A stretch of 64,000 bases of DNA, taken from positions 256,001 through 320,000 of the forward strand of contig CAVXVB010000007.1 of NCBI GenBank assembly GCA_963765205.1, given 5' to 3'. The position numbers were made by a program, and so were the translations under genes. This DNA is from an uncultured Verrucomicrobiae bacterium. Its GTDB lineage: Bacteria > Verrucomicrobiota > Verrucomicrobiia > Opitutales > JABDGR01. Positions 20,788 through 30,078 of this stretch are shown in pieces; the stretch's first letter is position 1, and each line of letters opens with the position of its first letter. Under the pieces are notes generated by a model, which did not search any database, had not been told where the DNA came from, and worked only from the letters and a program-made list of their open reading frames with translations.

Positions 20788-22029
20788 ATGAACAATCTCG
20801 CAAAAGCAACCGTCAATCAGGCCCGCCCGCCTGGAACCCTATTCGCGCGCCTGCAGCTTTGGTCGTGCCAAGCTTTTCACTACATGTTTCTAGGCGGGTT
20901 TGTCATCTGTTTCTATTTTTGGTTGCGCATCCACGATTTTTGGACGGCCAAGACGGCGTATGGCTCCGCGCTGGTCGCGGCGCAATTTGCGCTCTATGCC
21001 TGGCGGCATATTTTCAAGGGCAATCTTTGGTCGGCGAGCAAGGCCGGGGAGATGGCGTTTTTTGCGGCCAGTCTGGGGCTGGCGCTGGCGGTGGCACCCG
21101 TGGCCCAAAATGAATTCTGGTGGGTGCGGCTGGTATATGTGGGCATGATGTTCGCGGTTTTGCCGCCGGGATGGGCCGCCAGCCTGTTCGCCGCAGTCGG
21201 CTTCCTCTACCTTCCCATCACGCAGGGCTGGGACCGTTTGGCGGCCTATTCGTTCGGAGACTGGTTTAGCTCGATTTACCCGATAGTGCTGACGGCGGCC
21301 TTGGGGCTGTTGATTCGAAGCCAAAACGCTACGAATCAGGCACAAGCACGTTTGATCGAAGAATTGCAGACGGCGAAGAAAGCGCTGGAGTCGGCGCGCC
21401 AGCGCGAGGGTGAACTGGCGACGTTGCGCGAGCGCGAACGCCTCGCGCGAGACTTGCACGACACGTTGGGCCACCAACTCGTCACCCTAACCGTCCAACT
21501 TGAGGCTGCGCAACGGTTGCTGGCCATGGACCCGGCGCGGGCGGCGGCGGCGCTCGAGGAGATGCAGAAACTTTCGCGTTCCAGCATGGATGACTTGCGC
21601 CGCGCGTTGGACAACCTGCGCGCCTCCGGACTCGGCGACCGCCCTTTGACGGCGGCGTTGCAAGCCCTTTGCACCGACGCGGGCCAGCGATATTCCCTGG
21701 CCGTGGACTGTCAGGTGGCCGCGGGGGCCGATACCCTGCCGCCGGTGGTGGCGGGAGTCCTCTGGTGCGTGGCGCAGGAAGGATTGACGAACGTCGGCCG
21801 CCATGCCCAAGCTCGGCAAGTCCACATGAACCTGAACTTGCTGCCCCGGGAGGTCATCCTGTGCGTGGCCGACGACGGCGCCGGCCTGCCTCCGGGCGCG
21901 GAAGACAAACCCGGCCATTACGGCTTGCGCGGCTTGCGCGAACGGGTCGAGGGCCTGGGTGGAACCTTCGCGCTGGCCTCTCCCAAGGGCGGCGCGGTTC
22001 TCGAAGCCCGCCTGCCGATCATTACCTGA
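20788..22029 (+). CDS. Membrane sensor histidine kinase (HisKA_3, DesK/LiaS-like)
   Basis: ERERLARDLHDTLGH, QEGLTNVGRHA, DDGAG, GLRGLRER. Confidence 0.93.
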   Translation: MNNLAKATVNQARPPGTLFARLQLWSCQAFHYMFLGGFVICFYFWLRIHDFWTAKTAYGSALVAAQFALYAWRHIFKGNLWSASKAGEMAFFAASLGLALAVAPVAQNEFWWVRLVYVGMMFAVLPPGWAASLFAAVGFLYLPITQGWDRLAAYSFGDWFSSIYPIVLTAALGLLIRSQNATNQAQARLIEELQTAKKALESARQREGELATLRERERLARDLHDTLGHQLVTLTVQLEAAQRLLAMDPARAAAALEEMQKLSRSSMDDLRRALDNLRASGLGDRPLTAALQALCTDAGQRYSLAVDCQVAAGADTLPPVVAGVLWCVAQEGLTNVGRHAQARQVHMNLNLLPREVILCVADDGAGLPPGAEDKPGHYGLRGLRERVEGLGGTFALASPKGGAVLEARLPIIT

Positions 22030-22661
22030 TGAAAGCCATTCGAATTCTGCTGGCCGAAGACCAGACGCTGATGCGGCAGGGGCTGAAGACCATCCTGGAT
22101 CTTGAGCCGGGTTTCCGCGTGGCCGGCGAAGCGGAAGACGGCCCTGCCGCCGTCAAACTCGCCCTGCAACTGCGACCGGACATCATCCTCATGGATGTGC
22201 AGATGCCGCAGATGAACGGCGTACAGGCCACCGCCGCGATTCGCAAGGTGTGGCCCGAGGCCAAAATCATCATCCTGACTACTTTCGACCGCGATGATTA
22301 TGTCTTTCAAGGCGTGCGCGCCGGAGCCATGGGTTATTTGTTGAAAGACCAGCCGGCGGCAAAATTAATTGAAACCATTCGCCGCGTGCTGGCCGGCGAG
22401 ACCTTTATCCAGCCTGAGATCGCCTCGCGCGCGTTGCGCTCGGCCCTGCACTCGCCCGGCGAATTTGCGGAGCCGCTCTCGGAGCGCGAGCGCGAGATTC
22501 TGGTGCTGCTGGCCCAGGGCGTGCCCAACAAGGAAATCGCGGACAAGCTGCACATCGCCGAAGGCACAGTTAAAAACCATGTCTCGAACATTCTCGGCAA
22601 ACTTCAAGTGCAGAACCGCACCCAAGCCGCCGACCTCGCGCGCCGGCGGGGCTTGGTTTAA
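22029..22661 (+). CDS. NarL/LuxR family response regulator
   Basis: AEDQ, LMDVQMP, GYLLKD, LSERE...TVKNHVSNI; overlaps the kinase stop. Confidence 0.95.
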   Translation: MKAIRILLAEDQTLMRQGLKTILDLEPGFRVAGEAEDGPAAVKLALQLRPDIILMDVQMPQMNGVQATAAIRKVWPEAKIIILTTFDRDDYVFQGVRAGAMGYLLKDQPAAKLIETIRRVLAGETFIQPEIASRALRSALHSPGEFAEPLSEREREILVLLAQGVPNKEIADKLHIAEGTVKNHVSNILGKLQVQNRTQAADLARRRGLV

Positions 22662-22695
22662 TAAATCAGCGATCGAGGTGGGCCACGACCATTAT

Positions 22696-23694
22696 TCACG
22701 GCGCGGGTTTGAGCGCGGCGAGTTTTTCGGGGCCAAGGATTTCCTCGCTGCGTTTTTCAGCGGCGGCGCGGCGGGCCGGGTCAAGGCGCTGTTCGAAATT
22801 GGTGAGTGCGGCCAGATCCCAGACGGTGCCTTGCGCCTGCGCGGCATACATCATGGCCAGGCCCTCGACCTCGTTTTTCGGCACGCCGTCGCCGTTGGCG
22901 GTCAGGGTGCCGAAAAAACTCAGGGCCAGCGGTGCGCCGCGGTTGGCGCCCAATTTGAGCCATCGGATTGCGGCGGCGAGGTCTTTCGCGCCATCGTCCC
23001 GTTGGGCAAAGAGGATGCCGAGGGTAGCGTCCGCCGCGCCGCTGCCCTGCGCGTCGGCGAGCCGGAGCCACTGGACGGCTTCGTCAATGTTTTGCTTGAG
23101 GCCGCCCAAGCCGGCGAGGTTGTAGCGCCCGAGCAAAACCTCCGCCTCCGGCACGCCAAGATTGGCCAGCTTGCGAAACCATTGCATCACCACCGCAGGC
23201 GTCGTCGAAGGCATCGAGTTTTTTTGTTCACGCAAAATTTCCGTGGCGATGGCGTTGCCCTTCGCGGCGGCGAGTTCATAGCCGTGCGGATTCGGGCCGG
23301 GCGGCAGTTTGGACGTGCCGTTGATATTGGGCGTGTCATATTGCACCCAGCCGAGACTCAGCATGGCCTCCTCATTGCCCTGACCGGCGGCTTGCTCGAA
23401 AAGTTGCGTGGCCTGGGCCGTGTCCGGCGGCGCGCCGACACCGAGGTAAGTGGCCCAGCCCAGCGCGTATTCCGCCTGGGCATCATTGACGGCGGCTTTC
23501 TTTTTCATCCACGCGACGGCGGCCACAGGGTCTGCGGGAAAGCCCGGTTCGTTGGGATAAAGCACCGCGAGGTTGATGGGCGGCGCGCTAGCGCTGGGCG
23601 CGGCGGCGGCGGGGTCGTTCGCCACCGCACAGCCGGAAAAAAGCGCTGCCGTCAGCAGGCCTGCACTCAGGAGGAACGTAAAAATCAATTTCAT
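22696..23694 (-). CDS. Sel1-repeat lipoprotein
   Basis: FSGC lipobox; repeated A..G...A...LG..Y..G.GV. Confidence 0.88.
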   Translation of the reverse strand: MKLIFTFLLSAGLLTAALFSGCAVANDPAAAAPSASAPPINLAVLYPNEPGFPADPVAAVAWMKKKAAVNDAQAEYALGWATYLGVGAPPDTAQATQLFEQAAGQGNEEAMLSLGWVQYDTPNINGTSKLPPGPNPHGYELAAAKGNAIATEILREQKNSMPSTTPAVVMQWFRKLANLGVPEAEVLLGRYNLAGLGGLKQNIDEAVQWLRLADAQGSGAADATLGILFAQRDDGAKDLAAAIRWLKLGANRGAPLALSFFGTLTANGDGVPKNEVEGLAMMYAAQAQGTVWDLAALTNFEQRLDPARRAAAEKRSEEILGPEKLAALKPAP

Positions 23695-23778
23695 GTAAAG
23701 TGCGGAATGTATCCCCATCCCATTTTGATTCAAGCGCGGACGCTGGCAAGCGCGGTTATCGTGGGGCCACGCCTTTCC

Positions 23779-23850
23779 GTAGTGCGGCGCTTCAGCCCGC
23801 GCATTAAACTTCACAAATGTTCCCGAGCGCGGGCTAAAGCACCGCGCTAT
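23779..23850. repeat. Inverted REP doublet (GTAG family)
   Basis: GTAGTGCGGCGCTTCAGCCCGCGC ... GCGCGGGCTAAAGCACCGCGCTAT; same family at 34222 and 62639. Confidence 0.85.
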
Positions 23851-23920
23851 GGAATGAAAAATTGACCCACGGATGGAATTTGCCATCGATTTATTTTCCG
23901 GCTACCGTTAAACACCTCCG

Positions 23921-24835
23921 ATGCCGTTTGTCATTGAAGCGCGCGCGGTGCGCAAAAATTTTGGCGAGACCGAGGCTTTGCGCGGGGTCAGCCTCGCCGT
24001 GCGGCCGGGTGAATGCGTCGGGCTGCTGGGGCCGAACGGCGCAGGGAAGTCCACTTTCATCGGCATTCTCTACGGCGCAGTGCGGCGGACGGGCGGCGAC
24101 CTCGCGGTCTTCGGGCTGGACCCCGCCATGCGGGCGCGCGACATCAAGCGCCGGCTGGGCGTTGTGCCGCAGGAGAACGCGCTCGACGAGGGTTTGACCG
24201 TTGAGGAAAACATGCTGCTCTTCGCGCGGTTCGTGGGCCTGGCGCGCAAGCGGCGCGCCACGCGCGTGACCGAGCTGCTGCGCCACTTGAACCTTGACCA
24301 TAAAAAGGACGCGACCATTCACGAACTGTCGGGCGGCATGAAGCGGCGGCTCGCGTTTGTGCGCGCGCTGCTGGCCGACCCGGAAATGCTCATCCTCGAC
24401 GAGCCAACGACGGGCCTCGACCCGGCCGTGCGGCATCTGCTATGGGAAAAGGTGGCCGACTTCCGCCGCGCGGGGAAAACCATTCTGGTGAGCACCCATT
24501 ACATGCACGAGGCCGAGGCGCTGTGCGACCAAGTCGTCGTGCTTAACCACGGCGTGGTCGCCGCCGCCGGCTCACCGCGCGAGTTGATCCGCGCGCACAC
24601 GCCGGGCTTCGTCGCGATTTTTGCCGTGTCGCCGGAATTGTCCGCGAAGCTGGCCGGGGCGGCCCATTGCGTCGTGGACAACCGCGGGGACGTGCTGTTG
24701 GCGCGCGCGCCGACGCTTGACGACTTGCTGCGGTTGCAACGCGAGATCGGCGTCGAGGCGCAGCAACTGCGTCCGACGAACCTCGAAGATGTTTTCCTCA
24801 AAATCACCGGGGAGGGGTTGGACCAAGATGCGTGA
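23921..24835 (+). CDS. ABC transporter ATP-binding protein (NodI/DrrA-like)
   Basis: GPNGAGKS, LSGGMKRR, ILDEPTTGLDP. Confidence 0.93.
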   Translation: MPFVIEARAVRKNFGETEALRGVSLAVRPGECVGLLGPNGAGKSTFIGILYGAVRRTGGDLAVFGLDPAMRARDIKRRLGVVPQENALDEGLTVEENMLLFARFVGLARKRRATRVTELLRHLNLDHKKDATIHELSGGMKRRLAFVRALLADPEMLILDEPTTGLDPAVRHLLWEKVADFRRAGKTILVSTHYMHEAEALCDQVVVLNHGVVAAAGSPRELIRAHTPGFVAIFAVSPELSAKLAGAAHCVVDNRGDVLLARAPTLDDLLRLQREIGVEAQQLRPTNLEDVFLKITGEGLDQDA

Positions 24836-25598
24836 ATCACTCCAGCTATCCTGGCACCTGGTGGTGCGCAACTGGCGGGTCTATTCAAAGGACTTCCTCG
24901 CCAACATTTCGCCGACCGCGGTGGACCCCGCGCTGCTACTGCTCGCGCTCGGCATGGGCCTGAGTCCGTATATGAAGCAGGTCGAGGGGCACTCTTATGT
25001 GGTGTTTCTCGCGCCGGGGCTGGCCTGCACCACCGCGATGTTCACGGCGTTTTTCGAGGCGAGCTACGGCTTCTACGTGCAGATGACCTTCGAGGCGATT
25101 TTCAAGGCGATGCTGACAACGCCCATCGGCGTGGACGAGATTGTGCTGGGCGAGCTGTGGTGGGTGGCAATCAAGGGCGCGCTGATGGCCACGGGCGTGA
25201 GCCTGGTGCTGGCGTGCTTCGGGCTGTTCGCCTTTTTGCCGTGGATTTTGGCGATGCCCCTGATTGGCGCGGCCGTCGGGCTGGCGTGCGGGAGCATCGG
25301 CCTGATTGCGAGCACCCTGGTGCGCAACATTGACCAATTCCAACTCGCGTATGCGTTCGTGGTGTCGCCGCTGTATTTTTTTTCCGGCGTGTTTTTTCCC
25401 GTTGGCGGCGCGCCGGGCTGGTTTCGCGTGGTGGTAAACATTTCGCCGCTGTATCAGGGCGCGCGGCTGGCACAAATGGCGTTCTGGAATGATTTCCACC
25501 CCGGCGAGGCCGCCCTGCGCGCCGCGGTGCTCATCATCTACGCGGCGGGCCTGAGCGCCATCGCCCTGCGGAGGGTGCGGCGAAAGCTTATTCTCTGA
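24828..25598 (+). CDS. ABC-2 permease (NodJ-like)
   Basis: YVVFLAPG, MLTTPI..DEIVLGE, FSGVFFP. Confidence 0.9.
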   Translation: MRESLQLSWHLVVRNWRVYSKDFLANISPTAVDPALLLLALGMGLSPYMKQVEGHSYVVFLAPGLACTTAMFTAFFEASYGFYVQMTFEAIFKAMLTTPIGVDEIVLGELWWVAIKGALMATGVSLVLACFGLFAFLPWILAMPLIGAAVGLACGSIGLIASTLVRNIDQFQLAYAFVVSPLYFFSGVFFPVGGAPGWFRVVVNISPLYQGARLAQMAFWNDFHPGEAALRAAVLIIYAAGLSAIALRRVRRKLIL

Positions 25599-25635
25599 GT
25601 CCGCGGCCAAAATTTGGTTTTAACGTCCAAGGCAA

Positions 25636-25735
25636 TTCACCGCGAAGGCGCAAAGAGCGCAAAGAATAAATTCTGTAAATTCTGTTAATTCTGTCAAAAA
25701 TCTGCCCTTGGCGCTCTTTGCGCCTTGGCGGTGAA
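25636..25735. repeat. TTCACCGC/GCGGTGAA palindromic element with internal ATTCTGT units
   Basis: TTCACCGCGAAGGCGCAAAGAGCGC ... GCGCTCTTTGCGCCTTGGCGGTGAA. Confidence 0.85.
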
Positions 25736-25747
25736 AATACTTTCAGC

Positions 25748-25996
25748 CTACCCCTTCTTCCGCCCCAATTGCCAGATGGCAAAGAGCGCGGACAGCGTGG
25801 CGATAAAAAAGATGGTGTCGAGAAATTCACGCGACAAGCCCCAGCCGTTGCTTTTGGCCAGGTCGTAAAACATATAAAGGCCAAACGCGACCGCCCAGGC
25901 CACGCCGATGTAGCGTTTGCGCTCAAACACCAGCTTCAGCGCCAGCACAAAGATGACGAATTCGAGGCCGGCGGAAACGAAGTGCAGCAGGGACAT
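25748..25996 (-). CDS. Small membrane protein (about 3 TM)
   Basis: 82-aa hydrophobic ORF with a basic C-terminus. Confidence 0.7.
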   Translation of the reverse strand: MSLLHFVSAGLEFVIFVLALKLVFERKRYIGVAWAVAFGLYMFYDLAKSNGWGLSREFLDTIFFIATLSALFAIWQLGRKKG

Positions 25997-26021
25997 GGCG
26001 GGAATGTGTGGCGGTGCTTTA

Positions 26022-26183
26022 GCAGGCTGTTGAAATACCCTTTCAGAAAATTCTTGTCAAAGCACTACGAATAAAATCGTCGCACAAACCAGCCTACAGG
26101 CGACGATTTTGATTTCACCCTTATCCAGACATCCCCCAAAACCATGTCTATTTTCAGGCACAGGGAGTTTTTCAACAGCCTGT
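26022..26183. mobile_element. MITE-like non-autonomous element, about 160 bp
   Basis: Terminal IR CAGGCTGTTGAAA / TTTCAACAGCCTG, flanking TA, AT-rich interior, no transposase. Confidence 0.72.
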
Positions 26184-26233
26184 TAAGCGTTAAAAGTTGA
26201 GCGTTTTGCGCGTCCAGCCAAACCGAAGATGCT

Positions 26234-27553
26234 CTATTCCTCGAATACGGACAAACGGCGTGTCTGAAAAATCTGCGCGGGGGCCGGGCGCTTGCGCGCG
26301 GGTGGAGGCCCGCCTCGCCAATCCGTCTCCTGCTCCAATTTCGCGTCGGGCACGCGGTTGAAGGCAATCCTCATGGGGGCGGAGGCGCGGCCCTCGTGTG
26401 CGGCGGCCCAATAAATCGCGCCGTTGCCGTGACGCTTGTTCAGTTCGTCCGCCGCGTGCAACAAGGCCGCGCGGCGCGCCGTTGCCGTGGCGAACAGCGA
26501 CGGCGTGTGGTCGTGCGCGTGCTCCAGCCTCGTCAACACCACCCCCACCCAAAAGGGCCGCGCGCCCGGCGGCAGCGCGGGCCGGCGCGCCCACAAATTG
26601 TCAAGCGCCTGGGCCAGTTCCACCGTGTCCTGCGTCGGGTCGAACCGCGCATCGGCGCGCCAATCCTCGCGCCCGAGATAGTCCACCGACAAAGCCAACT
26701 CGCCGGCGAAGTATTCGAGGGCGCGCAGCCGCATCGCCGCCTTTTGCAAGAGTCGGTGCAGCACGGCGCGCGCGCGCGGCTCGGTGCGCAACTCCGGCTC
26801 GAGCACATGCGAATGGCCGACGTGCATCTTGCGCGGCGGGTCGGACGGAAAATCCGCGCCGCGCAGCTTTGCCCAAATGCGCTCGCCCTCGACGCCGCCC
26901 CAAATCGCGCGCAGTTGCCGGTGGTCCGCCGCCGTCAACTGCGCGACGGTCGCGATGCCCGCGCGGCGCAGGCGCTCCTCCATGTGCCGGCCGATGCCAT
27001 ACAAGTCGCGCAACTCCAGCCCGTGGAGCGCGCCGGGCAAATCCGGCGTATCAATCACCACGAGGCCGTCGGGCTTTTGCAGGTCGCTGGCGGTTTTCGC
27101 CAAAAAGAGATTCGGCGCGAGGCCAATCGAGCAGCGCAACGCCGGGCCGATTTCGCGGCGGATCGCCTGTTTAATCTGCAAGGCCAGCGCGCGTGCCGCC
27201 GCCGGCTCGCACCAGCGGCCGGTCAACCGGCAGGAGACCTCGTCAATCGAATGCACGGTCTCGATGTGCATTTGCCGTTCGACGACCTTGAGCAAGTCCT
27301 CGTGCAGCCGCACATATTCCCGGGGCCGCGCGACGACGAATAAAATGTCCGGGCACAGCCGCCGCGCGTCGCGCACGAGGGCGCCGGTTTTCACGCCCCG
27401 CGCCTTGGCCTCGTAGGAGGCCGCGATGCAGCAGCCGGTTTCGGCGGCGACGGCGACGATGCCCAGCGGCCGCCCGCGCAACTCCGGGCGCAGGTGCTGC
27501 TCGCACGACGCAAAGTAAGCGTTGAAGTCGAGAAACAGGTGGTTGATGGGCAT
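26234..27553 (-). CDS. dinB: Y-family DNA polymerase (Pol IV-like)
   Basis: DFNAYFASCE, AASYEAK, SIDE, AKTASDLQKPDG, LYGIG. Confidence 0.88.
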   Translation of the reverse strand: MPINHLFLDFNAYFASCEQHLRPELRGRPLGIVAVAAETGCCIAASYEAKARGVKTGALVRDARRLCPDILFVVARPREYVRLHEDLLKVVERQMHIETVHSIDEVSCRLTGRWCEPAAARALALQIKQAIRREIGPALRCSIGLAPNLFLAKTASDLQKPDGLVVIDTPDLPGALHGLELRDLYGIGRHMEERLRRAGIATVAQLTAADHRQLRAIWGGVEGERIWAKLRGADFPSDPPRKMHVGHSHVLEPELRTEPRARAVLHRLLQKAAMRLRALEYFAGELALSVDYLGREDWRADARFDPTQDTVELAQALDNLWARRPALPPGARPFWVGVVLTRLEHAHDHTPSLFATATARRAALLHAADELNKRHGNGAIYWAAAHEGRASAPMRIAFNRVPDAKLEQETDWRGGPPPARKRPAPAQIFQTRRLSVFEE

Positions 27554-27819
27554 GAGGGTAGGTGAACGGATGAATACTTGTTTGTCAAGAGGCGGGGGTG
27601 GCCGAGGGACAAAAGGACAAAGGAACAAAGGGCGAAGGCATTGAGGCACCAAGATGCTGAGGCATTGAGGCGCTAAAAAATTCGATACAGAGCTGTCCGC
27701 CCATCGCTTGCCGCCTCAGTGCCTTTGTCCCTCTGCCCCTTTCTTTCCTCATCCACCCTTGTCTTCCGCCCAAAACTCGCGTAGCTTCGTCCTCCTTCAA
27801 CCAACGTTCACCCACCACC

Positions 27820-28185
27820 ATGCACATTCGCGCCTACCTGAAACCCTCCTGCGGCTGGAGCCGCGGCGTCCGCGCCGTCTTCAAAAAATACGGCCTCGAA
27901 TTCGAGGACATTGACATCATCAACAGCCGCGAGAATTACGCGGAGATGGTGCAAAAATCCGGCCAGCCCCTCTCGCCCTGCGTCCAAATTGACGACGTGA
28001 TGCTGGCCGATATCTCCGGCGAGGAGGTCGAACATTACATGCTCGAGCACGGCCTCGTGCAGCCGACGGTCGTCGCCGCCGACGCGCCGACGAATTCCTC
28101 CTGCACGGACGCCGAACACGCCGCCCAGGCCGCCGCCGCCCAACCGACGGCCGTAGCCGCGTCGAAGAGCATCCGGTTTTTTTAA
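27820..28185 (+). CDS. Monothiol glutaredoxin-like protein
   Basis: KPSCGWS, SGQPLSPCV thioredoxin-fold motifs. Confidence 0.82.
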   Translation: MHIRAYLKPSCGWSRGVRAVFKKYGLEFEDIDIINSRENYAEMVQKSGQPLSPCVQIDDVMLADISGEEVEHYMLEHGLVQPTVVAADAPTNSSCTDAEHAAQAAAAQPTAVAASKSIRFF

Positions 28186-28266
28186 GGAGCGCGGAATGCG
28201 GAGTTCGGAGTTCGGAGCGTAGAGCAGGGAGCGAGGAGAAAGAAACGCCGGAACACAAAATTTGCC

Positions 28267-28827
28267 ATGCAGGAAATTGACGCCATTATCGCGGTTTCCG
28301 ATGTGGCGAGTTTTTCTCAATTCACACCGAGCATCACGCCTGTTCAGTTAGTTGAAGCGCTAAACGGATACTTGAAATTGACTTGTGGCCTTGTCGCTGA
28401 ATCGGGCGGCGAAGTTGTGTCCTACATCGGCGATAGTGCAATTTCTCTTTGGACTGCCTCGGCAGATGCCAACCGCCAGGCGCAAATCGGGGCGGGCTTG
28501 GTAAAATTGCATAAATCTGCCTGTCAATTTACGATGCCCAACGGAATGCGCATCACCCAGCGCCTGGCGGTCACCTTTGGACGAATTGCGCGCACGGAAA
28601 ACGAATGCGGCGGCGAGCGTCAAGCGCTGCCGCTGTTTGGGCCGTGTGTTAATTTTGTCCGACGGCTAAACGCGTCTCATATCCATTTCAAAAAGAATTT
28701 TCTCGTCACGGATAATTTGCCGGTGATCTGGCCGCGCGAGGTGGCGCTGCATAAACTGGCCGACCTCACCATCAAAGGGACGGAAGGCACGTGCGCCATT
28801 TTCGCCGTGGAAGATGCTGCAACCTGA
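28267..28827 (+). CDS. Stand-alone class III nucleotidyl cyclase domain, atypical
   Basis: SDVASFS, SYIGDS, FGPCVNFVRRL, IKG. Confidence 0.8.
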   Translation: MQEIDAIIAVSDVASFSQFTPSITPVQLVEALNGYLKLTCGLVAESGGEVVSYIGDSAISLWTASADANRQAQIGAGLVKLHKSACQFTMPNGMRITQRLAVTFGRIARTENECGGERQALPLFGPCVNFVRRLNASHIHFKKNFLVTDNLPVIWPREVALHKLADLTIKGTEGTCAIFAVEDAAT

Positions 28828-28921
28828 CATGAGGATGGGAGCTTGCGCTGCCAGCGGGGTGTCAGTATCGGCGAGTCCTTGAGTTTTGACTTTGATCGTG
28901 GTTGCGTAAACAATTTCGGGC

Positions 28922-29110
28922 ATGAAAATGGAATCTTTCCGTGCGGGCGTTTGGCGCCAGCAATATCAGTTCAAGAGCTTTTCCCCCACGCTGGTTAATC
29001 AGCCATGGACGTGGGAAGACCCGCGAATAAATATGCTGCTGGAAAAGGCCTCGCTGGCCTTGGCGCGGCTGGATTCCCACGCCACGCTGGTTCCGAATGT
29101 GGATGCTTAG
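28922..29110 (+). pseudogene. Truncated Fic-family gene (N-terminus only)
   Basis: QYQFKSFSP...LLEKASLALARLD...LVPNVD resembles a Fic N-terminal segment; stops after 62 aa with no HPFxxGNGR. Confidence 0.65.
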
Positions 29111-29136
29111 TGCCAAAGTGCCGCATATAATGCCGC

Positions 29137-30036
29137 CTACAACACCGATTCCGCCGGCGGTGGCGGGGGCCGGGACGAGGATAGCAACCGCATCAGGAGG
29201 GTGAGCACAATAGCGGCCGCCAGACCGGCCAAAAGTCCCGCGACCAGGATAGGAAGAGTCTTGGGTGCGGTCTCGATCACCTGCCCGTCCGCAGGGTCCA
29301 CGATCTGATATTGCTCCGCAACGGCAAGACTGCTCGATTGTCGCAGCTCGATAAATGCCCTGACGAAATCATTGGCGACGATGACGGTGATTTTTGGGTC
29401 GGGATGCTCGACCCAGACATTTATGGTGTAAGCTTGGCGGCCAGGTGACACCATGCGCTGCGTCATCAGACGATCCACCAAGTTCGCCTCCGGATCGGAG
29501 GGATTGGTGCGGTAAAACGGGAATAAAAAGTCCTGGCGTTCCTGGGGGGTCATCTGGTCGGCCACCGTTTGGGCGACTTCACGTTCTGCCACCAAGCTGA
29601 TGTCGGTGTTTAATTCTTCCGGGCTAATTTGGTCGGCTGTTGGCGAGCTTTGCATGGCGGAGACCATGACCTTATTCACCCTCAAGGTGGCGGTGGCTTG
29701 GTATATTGGAGCAACTATTTTCATGATAAACGCATATCCGGCGAATGAGCCAAAAACCGCGATAAACGTCCACCAAAACACCCGGGAACGCCACACGCGC
29801 TGCGGCGTGCGCTTGGCAAATTCGCCGGCGACCGGCTTCGGCGGGCCGATGCGGTGGCGGGCGACGAGAAAGGCCTCTTCGTCACTGAGGTCTTTTTTTT
29901 TCAGTTCGGCGAAGCCGTCGCGCAGGTGCGCTTCGAGTTCGCGCAGGTCGGCGGACGCCGGGCCGGGATGCCGGGCCAACTCCGCGCGCCAGGCGGCGAC
30001 GGCCTGGTCTAAGTCGAAGCGGTTTGACGGTTCCAT
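29137..30036 (-). CDS. HAAS/permease-prefix-like domain fused to a Wzz/CpsC-like two-TM module
   Basis: N-terminal ELEAHL.D...L...LSDEEAF..A..RIG; then TM-PIYQATATL, HPDP...VANDFVRAF, QIVDPA, PK-TM. Confidence 0.8.
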   Translation of the reverse strand: MEPSNRFDLDQAVAAWRAELARHPGPASADLRELEAHLRDGFAELKKKDLSDEEAFLVARHRIGPPKPVAGEFAKRTPQRVWRSRVFWWTFIAVFGSFAGYAFIMKIVAPIYQATATLRVNKVMVSAMQSSPTADQISPEELNTDISLVAEREVAQTVADQMTPQERQDFLFPFYRTNPSDPEANLVDRLMTQRMVSPGRQAYTINVWVEHPDPKITVIVANDFVRAFIELRQSSSLAVAEQYQIVDPADGQVIETAPKTLPILVAGLLAGLAAAIVLTLLMRLLSSSRPPPPPAESVL

Positions 30037-30078
30037 AATGAGGTGTGGGCGTGCAGCCCAGGACGAAATTGATCTGCT

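Noticed and set aside
20788..22661. Horizontal origin of the two-component pair
   Set aside because: The resemblance to DesK/LiaS-type systems is only an impression; no mobility signal, and it needs a phylogeny
27554..27590. LexA box upstream of dinB
   Set aside because: A TTGACA is present, but there is no clean match to the TGTTC-N4-GAACA motif I recall for Verrucomicrobia
28267..29110. Pycsar or CBASS defence operon
   Set aside because: No cyclic-nucleotide-binding, TIR or other recognisable effector is adjacent; only the atypical cyclase is kept as a finding
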